Assembly (NCBI GenBank): GCA_049692125.1
Contig: JBAVOO010000049.1
Location: 3,917-67,916, forward strand
Source: Verrucomicrobiia bacterium
GTDB taxonomy: Bacteria; Verrucomicrobiota; Verrucomicrobiia; Limisphaerales; UBA11358
Length of the DNA stretch: 64,000 bases
Direction of reading: 5' to 3'
How positions within the stretch are numbered: the stretch's first letter is position 1; the number at the start of each line of letters is the position of its first letter. Made by a program: the position numbers and the translations under genes. Positions 36,701 through 45,145 of this stretch are shown in pieces. Under the pieces are notes generated by a model. It was not told the origin of the DNA and ran no database searches. It saw only the letters and a list, made by a program, of their open reading frames with translations.

Positions 36701-38381
36701 CTGGCAGTTCGCCACCAAGGCCGGTGGCCCAGCCAATCCGACCAATCTTGTCGTGGCGGCTGACGGCAGCGGTGATTTCCTGACCGTGCAGGGCGCAGTG
36801 GATTCAGTGCCCGCCAACAACACGACTCCGACGTTCATCAACATCCATAACGGCTTTTATACCGAAATTGTTGACGTCAAGTCGAAGAACAATCTGGATT
36901 TCCGCGGCCAGACTCGCACCGGGGCAATGATCGGTTATCCGAACAATAACTATGTCAATCCTTCGGGGGCTCCGTTGCGTGCGATGTTTGTGTTGAATGG
37001 CAATAATTGCACGTTCGAGAACCTCACCCTCACCAATACCACCCCGAAAGGCGGGTCGCAGGCGGAGGCCATTGATGTCGAAGGCACGCAGTGCATCCTC
37101 TACAATATGGAACTCGACAGCTATCAGGATACGTTCCTCGTCCACTCCGCCGGCAAACTGGTCTATTTCCAGAATTGCCTGATCCAGGGCGACACCGACT
37201 TCAACTGGGGCTACGGCACGGTGTTCTACACCAATTGCGTCCTGAACATGTTGACCTCCGGCGGCCATGTTACGCAACCGCGCTCGCCCGCCGGCCAAAA
37301 CGGATTCTCGTTTGTGAATTGCAGCGTTACCGCCGCCAACAGCAGCGTGACCAGCGGCGACCTTGGCCGCTCCATCAACACGCCCACCACACCCTCCGAA
37401 GTCATTTTTAGTCAATGTCTGATGGGGGACTTCATCACCGGTTACAACAGCGATGCTGGAACTAATTTCTGGGATTACGCTGACAGCAATCTCACCGCTA
37501 CCGCCAGCAAGACATTATCCTATTCAACGCACCTGACCGGCAGCGAAAGCATCCTCACTGCCGCGCTCAATGCCACCAACTGGCTCTACGGCTGGCAGCC
37601 GCAGGTCGCGCCGAACATCCTCACCAATCCTGTGAGCCAGTCCATCAGCGGCGGCGGCACGGCGACGTTCACCCTCGCCGCCACCGGTATTGGTGCGCCG
37701 ACGTATCAATGGCTCAAGAACGGCAACCTGATTGCCGGTCAGACCAATTCGTCGCTCACCATCAGCAGCGCCAGCGCGAATGACGCCGCGTCGTATTCCG
37801 TCGTCGTGTCGAACAACGCCGGCGTCGTGACCAGCGGTAGCGCAAGCCTGACCGTCGGCAACACCGCGCCGACGCTCGCACCCGTTTCCGACCAGACCGT
37901 CAATGTCGGTGTCAACGTCAGCATTGCCAACGTCGCGACCGATCCCGATGTTCCGGCGCAAACACTCACTTTCACGTTGCTCACCGGTCCGTCCGGCGCG
38001 GCAGTTGATCCTGTCAGCGGCAACTTCACCTGGCGTCCAACGGTCAGCACGGCTGGCACCATCAATCCCGTGCAAGTTGTAGTCACCGACAACGGCACGC
38101 CGAACTTGAGCGCCACGAACAGCTTCAACGTCATCGTCAATCAGCTCACGCAACCGGTCGCCGGCACGCCTGCTTATTCCGGCGGACAATTCAGCGTCAC
38201 TATCAGCGGCCAGCGCGGCCCGGACTACGCCGTGCAGGTTTCCACCAATCTCGCCAGCGGCAGTTGGACGACCATCTTCAGCACCAACTCGCCAGCCATG
38301 CCATTCACGTTCACCGACCCGAACGCGGGCACTCAACCCATCCAGTTCTACCGCATTGTCACTGGCCCGCCGCTGCCGTAA
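33717..38381 (+). CDS. 1554-aa secreted multidomain protein: beta-strand repeats, multiple Ig-like domains and an embedded CE8 pectin methylesterase domain
   Basis: It has a signal peptide. CE8 motifs are VVAADGSGDFLTVQGAV, GFYTEIV, GSQAEAI, SYQDTFLV, GDTDFNWG and LGRS. At least 6 Ig-like modules carry Y(Q/H)W(Y/L/N)-type cores. Confidence 0.85.
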   Translation: MKNATVTSFQRKSILSLCLQNAPVLAGLLAAAFLVSNAEAATIVWSGASGTDTNWSTGGNWAGNVAPGGGDDVKFFNAGTNGAAGTPNNLVDGSFGGYIGSLQYGNTNGFHTTAVAAGQTLNITNTGGLIVGTPGDIGVAYTNHATITGSGGTLNVSNANAVISLNQGTATSVNFPQSILDLSGLDNFNANVSRIGIGTTTTANPGSANQREAGTLYLAKTNNITVNYSVSLASYQAGGANNGIELARNPGNNAGSTTKCCLYLGITNVFNVDSIGVGRDKSDANANASMLFNPAFSANNPVAYFYGVTGLGSRVTWWGVGDANASSSTSHGGWGTNDFSAGMVNAFVNVMSLGRDDSGGATTWAGPNFGLFMFNVGTVDVNTLILGNQSLWTSSTAATTPNVGFMNVIGANATLKINTTLTLGATAVNSSAANNTYGVLNVTNGTVYANNITVGAYTTSANNAINLTNATLIVTNTLATNATGLANFRIANSVLGLNVPTNGSLLGLVQTLTAFGATNVIQLSVPVFASYPQTLPLIQYTTLSGAFNFGLTNVPASAPNACLTNITAVPKSIALVLPNDPRPVITGEPTSYSGNPGDNVTTNFSVSINGSSVTPLVYQWYSVIGSVTNKLTDGANASGSTNFGTATASFIISNAQPADSGSYYVVVTNLYGSATSSPAVLTISAIAIAPSITGPTNITVIAGNNATINDSVAGSPVPALQWLDQTGTPIPNATSSFLTLNNVQYSQNDFTYSLVASNSAGSATNVTTLTVIVPPVITLQPTNVVVTNTQTASFTVAATGVPNPGYQWNKNGNPISSAVNNTATNATFTIPSVSPGDMSTNYSVTITNLAGAINSVSVALTVNSTMSVATLVPANGATGVGYDTPLYITFNSTPSLRSAGRIRIYNVTNSATPVDTLDMTLNTNLNTPYAMNVQSRTIGGDTFNSFPVIIAGNTAAIYPHLDLLTSNQTYYVTIDDGVFADASGAYFTGISATNVWQFATKAGGPANPTNLVVAADGSGDFLTVQGAVDSVPANNTTPTFINIHNGFYTEIVDVKSKNNLDFRGQTRTGAMIGYPNNNYVNPSGAPLRAMFVLNGNNCTFENLTLTNTTPKGGSQAEAIDVEGTQCILYNMELDSYQDTFLVHSAGKLVYFQNCLIQGDTDFNWGYGTVFYTNCVLNMLTSGGHVTQPRSPAGQNGFSFVNCSVTAANSSVTSGDLGRSINTPTTPSEVIFSQCLMGDFITGYNSDAGTNFWDYADSNLTATASKTLSYSTHLTGSESILTAALNATNWLYGWQPQVAPNILTNPVSQSISGGGTATFTLAATGIGAPTYQWLKNGNLIAGQTNSSLTISSASANDAASYSVVVSNNAGVVTSGSASLTVGNTAPTLAPVSDQTVNVGVNVSIANVATDPDVPAQTLTFTLLTGPSGAAVDPVSGNFTWRPTVSTAGTINPVQVVVTDNGTPNLSATNSFNVIVNQLTQPVAGTPAYSGGQFSVTISGQRGPDYAVQVSTNLASGSWTTIFSTNSPAMPFTFTDPNAGTQPIQFYRIVTGPPLP

Positions 38382-38403
38382 CTTGATTGATGAAAATTTG
38401 AAC

Positions 38404-38440
38404 AAATTCGCGGCGGGTTCGCATCCCGACGCGAATTTTT
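38404..38440 (+). terminator. Rho-independent terminator-like hairpin
   Basis: AAATTCGCGGCGGG-TTCGCAT-CCCGACGCGAATTT has one mismatch and ends in TTTTT. Confidence 0.55.
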
Positions 38441-38489
38441 GCCGAAACGGAAACTGAAATATTGCCCCGTGGAACGCTAAATTTGAATT

Positions 38490-38823
38490 ATGAATCCAAC
38501 GATCAAATTTTCAGTCGTCTTCACATTCGCGATCTTTCCGGCTGGTTGTTCAACGGTGGGAAAAGCACGGTGACAGGCGTGTGAATCGCTTGTTGAAATG
38601 GCGCAGCGACAGATTCAGCCGTTCGGCGTGTGAGGTTAACCGGCGCAATCCGACGAACGAATTGACCGCGCGTTATGCTGAATACAACAGTTCCGGCCCG
38701 GGCGCGAATCCTGACAAGCGTTTCAAGTGGACAAGGCAGTTGACGAAAGAGGAGCCAGTGAAAATCACGGTTGAATCCGTTCTGAGTGGGAGCGATGGAT
38801 GGAATCCCGCGCCGCAGCCTTGA
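38490..38823 (+). pseudogene. Pectinesterase (CE8) remnant with internal deletion
   Basis: A 27-aa lipoprotein-signal ORF (MNPTIKFSVVFTFAIFPAGC...) stops at 38573. The following ORF carries only the CE8 C-terminal tail ...ARYAEYNSSGPGANPDKRFKWTRQLTKEE...DGWNP. No catalytic core is present. Confidence 0.6.
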
Positions 38824-38829
38824 ATGGGG

Positions 38830-40407
38830 TCAGGTTGAACGCGGTGGCAGAAATCGGAAATACTTGAAATCGGCGTGGCCTGCGGGATTTTTGGGTTCCC
38901 GTTTCAACGCATAAATCCCGACCTTCGCGCCAATCCAATGTCCGGCGGTGGCTTGAAATGATTCCCGCACCGCCATAAAATTATCTTCTTCCGCAAAACT
39001 GAAGGCGCAAAGGCCGCCGGCCGCGACTTCAACGCGCAGCTTGATGCGGTGGCCGGAAAAATTCCGGATTCCTTCGTCCTTGCCGTTGTTGCGAAACACA
39101 ATTTGTTTTTTTCCGCTCGCGCAACGGATGACCAGCGCGGCATGAGTCCGGCCCATTACGACCAGTCCCGCTTCTTGGCCTGGAATTTGCGGCGTGAAAT
39201 CCATCAGCGTTTCCGCGACAAAAGAGCGCGCCGGAAATTTTTGGAGCAAAAGATGAGGTGTTCCGGCCAGATTGCTGTCGGACACGGTTTGCTGGAACAA
39301 ACGCAGCCAGCCAGGGCGCGCCGTGAGCGAGTGCCAATGGTCCTGATGATTGGCCTGCCACTGCCATTGAAGGCCGAGGGTGGGGGAATCGAATTCGTCG
39401 CTGGTTTGCGGGATGGCAACTGACGAGCCGTGCCCGATGGCCGGTTTCCGGCAGTGCAAAACCGGTTCGCCGATGCCGTTGCCGTCCAGGTCCCGTCCCA
39501 TGAACGGCCAGCCGTCCTTCCAGGTGACTGGCTGCAGGTGGACAACCCGCCCATAAGCCCCCGCGTCCTGAAAATGAAGGAACCACCACCCGCCGTCGGC
39601 GGTGTCCACCAGCGCGCCTTGGTGCGGCCCGTTGATGGCTGTGCTGCCCTGCTCCAGCACGATTTTATCTTCGTAAGGGCCGAAAATATTTCGTGAACGC
39701 AGAACGACCTGCCATCCGGTTTGCACGCTGCCGGCGGGTGCAAGGATGTAATACCAGCCGTCCTTCTTCAGAAACTTCGGGCCTTCGAGGGTCGGGTGCC
39801 GTTCTGGATCGTGAAAAACCATTTTCCCTTCCCCGAGCAACCGCGAGCCGGTGGTGGCCAGCGGGCGCACCCGAAGAATGTGTTTGATGCCCATCCGCGA
39901 GCCGGCGTAGGCGTGAACCAGATAGGCTTTGCCGTCGTCATCCCAAAAAGGACAGGGGTCAATCAAACCTTTGCCTTCCTGCACCGAACGAGGTTCAGCC
40001 CACCCGTCCGCAGGATGGTCGGCCGTGGTCAGGTAAATGCCTTCATCCGGCGTGGCGAAGAAGATCCAGAATTTGCCGTTGTGAAAGCGGATGGCGGGTG
40101 CCCATATGCCGCAGCCATGCTGCACTTGGGCATAACGCGGATGCGGCAGGTTTTTGACGGCGTGATTGATGATCGTCCAGTTCACCAAATCCTGCGAGTG
40201 CAGGATCGGCAGTCCCGGCGTGCAGTTGAAACTTGAAGCGGTCAGGTAAAAATCGTCGCCGACGCGGACGACATCGGGATCGGAGTAATCCGCGTGAATG
40301 ATCGGATTGCGATACGTGCCGTCGCCCTGGTCGGGCGTCCACGGAAACGTCGGCGCGGGTGGCGCGACATCGCGGGGAGTTGAAGCAGGAGCCGATTCGG
40401 TGGGCAT
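38830..40407 (-). CDS. Glycoside hydrolase family 43 (beta-xylosidase / alpha-L-arabinofuranosidase type) with C-terminal ConA-like domain
   Basis: Motifs: YRNPIIHADYSDPDVVRVGDDFYLTASSF, GIWAPAIRFHNGKFWIFF, IDPCPFWDDDGKAYL, EGPKFLKKDGWYYI. Confidence 0.85.
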   Translation of the reverse strand: MPTESAPASTPRDVAPPAPTFPWTPDQGDGTYRNPIIHADYSDPDVVRVGDDFYLTASSFNCTPGLPILHSQDLVNWTIINHAVKNLPHPRYAQVQHGCGIWAPAIRFHNGKFWIFFATPDEGIYLTTADHPADGWAEPRSVQEGKGLIDPCPFWDDDGKAYLVHAYAGSRMGIKHILRVRPLATTGSRLLGEGKMVFHDPERHPTLEGPKFLKKDGWYYILAPAGSVQTGWQVVLRSRNIFGPYEDKIVLEQGSTAINGPHQGALVDTADGGWWFLHFQDAGAYGRVVHLQPVTWKDGWPFMGRDLDGNGIGEPVLHCRKPAIGHGSSVAIPQTSDEFDSPTLGLQWQWQANHQDHWHSLTARPGWLRLFQQTVSDSNLAGTPHLLLQKFPARSFVAETLMDFTPQIPGQEAGLVVMGRTHAALVIRCASGKKQIVFRNNGKDEGIRNFSGHRIKLRVEVAAGGLCAFSFAEEDNFMAVRESFQATAGHWIGAKVGIYALKREPKNPAGHADFKYFRFLPPRST

Positions 40408-40413
40408 GGCGAT

Positions 40414-40791
40414 TCAAGTGGCGGTTTCTTTGAGTTCGATGGGTTTGATTTGCGGCACGCCGGTGCGGAATTTGATCGTGGCATTTTTGTCGGGATGCAA
40501 ATTCACATCGCTCTTGGGATGAATCGCGCCGGAAAGAAAGGTCCCGGCGGGAACGGTGATTTTGCCCCCGCCGGCACGGCGGCACGCGTCAATCGCGTCG
40601 GCAAACGGGGGCGGCGCGAGGCGATTCAAAATTTCCGGCGCAGGGGACCAGACATCTCCGGCAGCCTTCGCATCGGAGCCGCCCCCGGTTTCGCCCTTTG
40701 AAAATTCGGCGTTCAGACAGACGACAAAAACCAAAATGGCCAAGGTGCAACTTTGGTGGCGGCTTTGAAGTTGAAATGTCATGCCGGCCAA
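40414..40791 (-). pseudogene. N-terminal fragment of a GH28 polygalacturonase-like gene
   Basis: Only 125 aa. The segment AIDACRRAGGGKITVPAGTFLSGAIHPKSDVNLHPDKNATIKF matches the N-terminal beta-helix start of GH28 enzymes. The ORF ends 6 nt before the GH43 start, and the catalytic region is absent. Confidence 0.5.
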
Positions 40792-40934
40792 AGTTTATTA
40801 ATTCCCCCGCGACGCTCAAACAATAGTTTCTGCAAGAAACATTGGGAATTATGCGTGCCGGGCCGGGTTTGTGATGATTCGCGATCAAACACGAAAGGTT
40901 GAAAAAAAGCGGGCGGTTGATATTCTTTTACGTC

Positions 40935-42080
40935 ATGCTAAAACGCCACAAGCGAATCCTGCTGGCCATGGGTTGGTATGATCATCGTTTGCACCAGGGC
41001 ATTGCCAAATACGCACAGGAACATGGCTGGCATCTTTGCGCGGACGTGACCAAGGAAAAAGTGATCCCGTGGGGATGGGAGGGAGACGGGATTCTGTCGT
41101 GGCTGGGAGTGGGGGATGATCTGGCTGATTTTGTGGTGCAGGTAAAAAAGCCGACCGTGGATTTCAGTTTTCGCCGGCCGCATCTGCCTTTCCCGCGCGT
41201 GCTCACCGATCATGTCGGCGCGGCGCACCTTGCGGCGGAGCATTTTCTCGTCCGAGGCATGAGGCACTTCATGTTTTACAGTGCGGTGGATAATTGGTCG
41301 TTTGAGGAGGTGGGGCGGGCGTTTGTCCAGGAAGTGAAGCAGGCCGGTTACGATTGCACTTGGATTCGCTGGCATCATTCACCGGAATTCACGACTGGAC
41401 ACTTGCAGTGGAAACACAAACGTTGCTGGCTGACCGCCCAATTAAGACATGCGCCCAAGCCGCTCGCATTCTTTGCCGCCAACGACGATTACGCATTGGA
41501 GGGGATTGAAACCTGTGAGAGCGTGGGTCTGGCCGTCCCGGAACAGGTGAGCATCATCGGAATGGACAATTCGCTTCTGGCGGTGGATGCCATGCACACG
41601 CCCATTTCGAGCGTGGATCGAAATTTGGAGATGGTGGGTTATCAGGGGGCCGAACTGCTGGATCGTTTGATGCAGGGCAAACCGGCGCCCAAAGAACCGA
41701 TTCGCATTCCACCAGCGGGACTGATCACCCGCAAGAGCAGCGATTTATTGGCCGTGAATCATCCGGGTGTCGCCCGCAGCCTGCGATTTCTTCTGAAATA
41801 CCATCACGAGCCCATCGGTGTGGATGATTTGGCCAAGGTGGCGGCCATGTCGCGACGCGGTTTTCACCAAGCTTTTTTGGAACACATCGGACGCCCGCCG
41901 GGACATGAATTGCAACGTGTCCGCATCGAACATGCCAAAGAACTGCTGGCGAAGTCGGACCAGAAAATGAGGACCATCGGCGAAGATTGTGGATATCAGA
42001 GTGCCAACAACTTTTGGTTTGCCTTCAAGCAGGCAACCGGCATGTCACCTGAACAATACCGAAAGAAAAACATGCGTTGA
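40935..42080 (+). CDS. XylR-like regulator (periplasmic-binding-protein-like sensor + AraC HTH)
   Basis: The start is at MLKRHKRILLAMGW. The C-terminal AraC HTH is LAKVAAMSRRGFHQAF...ELLAKSDQKMRTIGEDCGYQSANNFWFAFKQATGMSPEQYR. Confidence 0.8.
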   Translation: MLKRHKRILLAMGWYDHRLHQGIAKYAQEHGWHLCADVTKEKVIPWGWEGDGILSWLGVGDDLADFVVQVKKPTVDFSFRRPHLPFPRVLTDHVGAAHLAAEHFLVRGMRHFMFYSAVDNWSFEEVGRAFVQEVKQAGYDCTWIRWHHSPEFTTGHLQWKHKRCWLTAQLRHAPKPLAFFAANDDYALEGIETCESVGLAVPEQVSIIGMDNSLLAVDAMHTPISSVDRNLEMVGYQGAELLDRLMQGKPAPKEPIRIPPAGLITRKSSDLLAVNHPGVARSLRFLLKYHHEPIGVDDLAKVAAMSRRGFHQAFLEHIGRPPGHELQRVRIEHAKELLAKSDQKMRTIGEDCGYQSANNFWFAFKQATGMSPEQYRKKNMR

Positions 42081-42291
42081 TTTCCTGCTTGTTTTCGCAA
42101 TCAAAACTCATTGTCGTGGAGATGTTCATTCCACGCGGGGAGAAAGTGCGGGAAACAATTCGCCGAGATTTATCCGCTTCTTCCTCGCCAGTCCAATTTA
42201 CGCACGGCCAGCAGTCCTAATCCCACAATACCCAGCGCGCAACTTCCCGGCTCGGCACCGTGGTGAGGTGTGCCTGGCGCGTGCGCCCCAT

Positions 42292-42345
42292 GCGGCGGAC
42301 TTGGCGCGGCTGAGCGCGTCTCCAGAGCGCACATAAACAGACGCC
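42292..42345 (+). repeat. Left copy of ~54-nt imperfect direct repeat flanking the GloVer gene
   Basis: GCGGCGGACTTGGCGCGGCTGAGCGCGTCTCCAGAGCGCACATAAACAGACGCC aligns with 44012-44065 with about 9 mismatches and no gaps. Confidence 0.55.
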
Positions 42346-42490
42346 CGCACAAGCGGCGGGATTGACAGATTACGCATGGACATTGGACGAATTGCTGTCA
42401 GCAACAATCCAAGCCTGCATTACAGATATTCAGCGCAAGTCCCTTCACATGTGGCAGTTGGAATCTGATAATTTTTTGAAAGATTTTTGA
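42314..42490 (+). pseudogene. Transposase C-terminal remnant (tentative)
   Basis: A 58-aa open frame reads ARLQSAHKQTPAQAAGLTDYAWTLDELLSATIQ... The TPAxAAGLTDxxWTLxELL box resembles the C-terminal tail I associate with some DDE transposase families. No catalytic domain lies upstream. Confidence 0.4.
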
Positions 42491-42577
42491 AAGAATCCCT
42501 CCTGTTCCCACGAGTTATCTGTGGACTGTTAATTGTTTGGGAAAAAACATGCGGTTGAACATAAACGATCAAAACCT

Positions 42578-43921
42578 ATGAAAACCAGACGAAACCTGAT
42601 TCAAATCTGGCTGCGGTTGCTGGCGCTGCCCGCCACGGTGCAAGCCCAATTCACTTACACGACCAACAAAGGCGCGGTCACCATCACTGGATACGCTGGT
42701 TCGATAAAATTATCGCTCAAATCCTTAATTGCGTTCCTGTGCATAACCTCCGCCTCACTGGTTGGCGGGCAGACAATACAGACACTCTGTTCATTCAACG
42801 GCACCAATGGAGCAATGCCGATGGGTGTCTTGACGCTGGGCACTGACGGCAACTTCTACGGCACGACTGGGTTTGGCAGTGGCTACGGTTATGGGACGGT
42901 GTTCAAAGTGACGACCAACGGCACGCTGACCCCGCTGGTTTTTTTCAACGGCAACAATGGAGCGAATCCGTATGCTGGCCTGACGCTGGGCACTGACGGC
43001 AATTTCTACGGCACGACATTTCATGGTGGCTACGGTTCTGGGACGGTGTTCAAAGTGACGACCAACGGCACGCTGACCACGCTGGTTTCTTTCGGGTTCT
43101 TTGGCTCCCCCAATGGATGGAACCCAGTTGCCGCGCTGACGCTGGGCACTGACGGCAATTTCTACGGCACGACTTGTGCCGGTGGTGGCTACGAAGATGG
43201 GACGGTGTTCAAAGTGACGACCAACGGCACGCTGACCACACTGTTTTTTTTCGACGGCACCAACGGGCTGAATCCGATTGCTGGGCTAACACTGGGCACT
43301 GACGGCAATTTCTACGGCACGACTTGGGGAGGTGGTATCACTAATTCCTTAAACCCCTCTGGCTTGGGGACGGTGTTCAAAGTGACGACCAACGGCACGC
43401 CGACCACGCTGGTTTATTTCAACGGCAGCAACGGGGCGTATCCGTTTGCAACGCTAACACTGGGCACTGACGGCAATTTCTACGGCACGACTGCGGGGGG
43501 CGGTAGCAGCAATTATGGGACAGTGTTTGAGATGACAACCGACGGCACGTTTACCCCGCTGGTTTATTTCAACGGCACCAATGGGGCGGGTCCGTATGCT
43601 GCCCTGACACTGGGCAATGACGGCAATTTCTACGGCACGACTAGGTATGGCGGCAGCGGCAATTATGGAACGGTGTTCTGTTTAGTGCTTCCGCCAGTTG
43701 GCCCGCCGACGTTGGCCTTGCAATTTGTGGCAGGCTGGCCGCAATTAAATCTGGCTGGCACGCTGGGCAAAAACTTCGTGGTGCAATACAGCACCAATTT
43801 GGCGGGCACCAACTGGATCAATCTGCTTTCCGTGACCAATTTGTCGTCCAGCCCGTATGAATTCCTTGACCCTGCCGGTGTCGTCCCGCCAGCGCGGTTC
43901 TATCGGGCATTTATGCAGTGA
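42578..43921 (+). CDS. GloVer (Gloeo_Verruco) tandem-repeat secreted protein
   Basis: The start is at MKTRRNLIQIWLRLLALPATVQA. It has about 7 units of F(N/D)GTNGxxPxAxLTLGTDGNFYGTTxxGG...GTVFKVTTNGTLT. Confidence 0.8.
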   Translation: MKTRRNLIQIWLRLLALPATVQAQFTYTTNKGAVTITGYAGSIKLSLKSLIAFLCITSASLVGGQTIQTLCSFNGTNGAMPMGVLTLGTDGNFYGTTGFGSGYGYGTVFKVTTNGTLTPLVFFNGNNGANPYAGLTLGTDGNFYGTTFHGGYGSGTVFKVTTNGTLTTLVSFGFFGSPNGWNPVAALTLGTDGNFYGTTCAGGGYEDGTVFKVTTNGTLTTLFFFDGTNGLNPIAGLTLGTDGNFYGTTWGGGITNSLNPSGLGTVFKVTTNGTPTTLVYFNGSNGAYPFATLTLGTDGNFYGTTAGGGSSNYGTVFEMTTDGTFTPLVYFNGTNGAGPYAALTLGNDGNFYGTTRYGGSGNYGTVFCLVLPPVGPPTLALQFVAGWPQLNLAGTLGKNFVVQYSTNLAGTNWINLLSVTNLSSSPYEFLDPAGVVPPARFYRAFMQ

Positions 43922-44011
43922 CTCTGACTTGCCTATTCGAAACACGCCGAAGTCACCGTGCCGTCGCTGGATGCCTTGCAACACCTCTTGGACACGTACA
44001 ACAACATGAGC

Positions 44012-44065
44012 GTGGCGGACTTGACGCGGCCGAGTGCGTCTCCACGGCGCGCAAAAACAGACGGC
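44012..44065 (+). repeat. Right copy of the ~54-nt direct repeat
   Basis: GTGGCGGACTTGACGCGGCCGAGTGCGTCTCCACGGCGCGCAAAAACAGACGGC. It ends at the stop codon of the convergent 44065-45111 gene. Confidence 0.55.
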
Positions 44066-45111
44066 TACTTCACCTCGTCCACAAAGCGGCGATATTGCGT
44101 CTCGACCTGGTCCGGCGTGGTGGGACCGGAAAGGATCAACAGACGATAACGAAACGTTACGGACTGCTTCGGTTCCAGCGTGAAGTTCAGTTTCTCCCTG
44201 CCGTGGCTGAAAACTTCCTGACCCAGCGGGTTGGCGGCGAACAAACCATAACCGCGCGCGTGCCAGTAAGTCGGAAAGCCCGGGTTCTGCGGATGGTCCA
44301 GCATGACCAGAGTCACAGCTTCTTGATCCACCTTGCCGGTTAACATCGTCCAACGCGCACGTGTGCCCCAGACGGCGTCGCCCGTCTTTCCTTCACTGCT
44401 GCGATACAGACCGGTGACGCCCGTATTATCCATGACCTTCACCGCGGTGGGCCGGCCGCTTGCATCGGTAAAGACAAGCGGTTCATTTGAAGGCTGCTCA
44501 AGCTCGCGTCGCACGCGCAGGCCGAGCATGCCTTCTTTGTCGTCATGAAACACAACACGCCGGTCCAAAGCCGTCAACGTAGTAATCCGATCCACAGCGC
44601 GCAGATTCGGCCCCGCTTGAAAGATGAACTTGGTGGCTTCGCGCAAGATCGGTTGACCGTCAGACAACACCCAGTCCATCTCGACATCCAGTTCGCCCCG
44701 ATCCGTTCCATTGGTCGCGCGCACAATCCGGCGATGCACGACCGTGCCCATCCCGCCCTGTTGTTCCGGCGGCAAAGTGACGGAGTTGTTCCAGAAATCA
44801 ACGCCGTTGACATTGCCGTAATTCAGCCAAAACCCGGCGTGGTGAGGATGGTCCACGCGCTCGCCCGGGCGCGGGTCGAGCGGAAAACCGCGGGTGACGA
44901 TTGTCCCTTGTGCCGTGCGCAGCGGATAGAGCACGGGCACTTTCAACTGCTCGGGCCAGATGTAGGAAGTAAAGGGCTGGCCATCGACAAAGACATCAAC
45001 GCGCCGGGACGCCTCGTTTTGCACGAGGCGCACACCGCGTTCCTGTGCTTGTGTGGTCACGGCCAGAAAGCTCAAAGCCACAAACAACACGCTGGGACTG
45101 ACCGGATTCAC
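44065..45111 (-). CDS. PmoA-family / DUF6807-like secreted protein
   Basis: 348 aa with a signal peptide. Pattern: VFVDGQPFTSYIW...PVLYPL...RGFPLDPRPGERVDHPHHAGFWLNYGNVNGVDFWNN. Confidence 0.6.
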   Translation of the reverse strand: MNPVSPSVLFVALSFLAVTTQAQERGVRLVQNEASRRVDVFVDGQPFTSYIWPEQLKVPVLYPLRTAQGTIVTRGFPLDPRPGERVDHPHHAGFWLNYGNVNGVDFWNNSVTLPPEQQGGMGTVVHRRIVRATNGTDRGELDVEMDWVLSDGQPILREATKFIFQAGPNLRAVDRITTLTALDRRVVFHDDKEGMLGLRVRRELEQPSNEPLVFTDASGRPTAVKVMDNTGVTGLYRSSEGKTGDAVWGTRARWTMLTGKVDQEAVTLVMLDHPQNPGFPTYWHARGYGLFAANPLGQEVFSHGREKLNFTLEPKQSVTFRYRLLILSGPTTPDQVETQYRRFVDEVK

Positions 45112-45145
45112 TTTTCTGAGTCACTTGAAACAGGATAAATCCCGG

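Noticed and set aside
30125-38381. Classical type Va autotransporters
   Set aside because: Beta-strand passenger-type repeats are present, but I see no C-terminal 12-strand translocator domain ending in an aromatic residue. I therefore call them only secreted repeat proteins.
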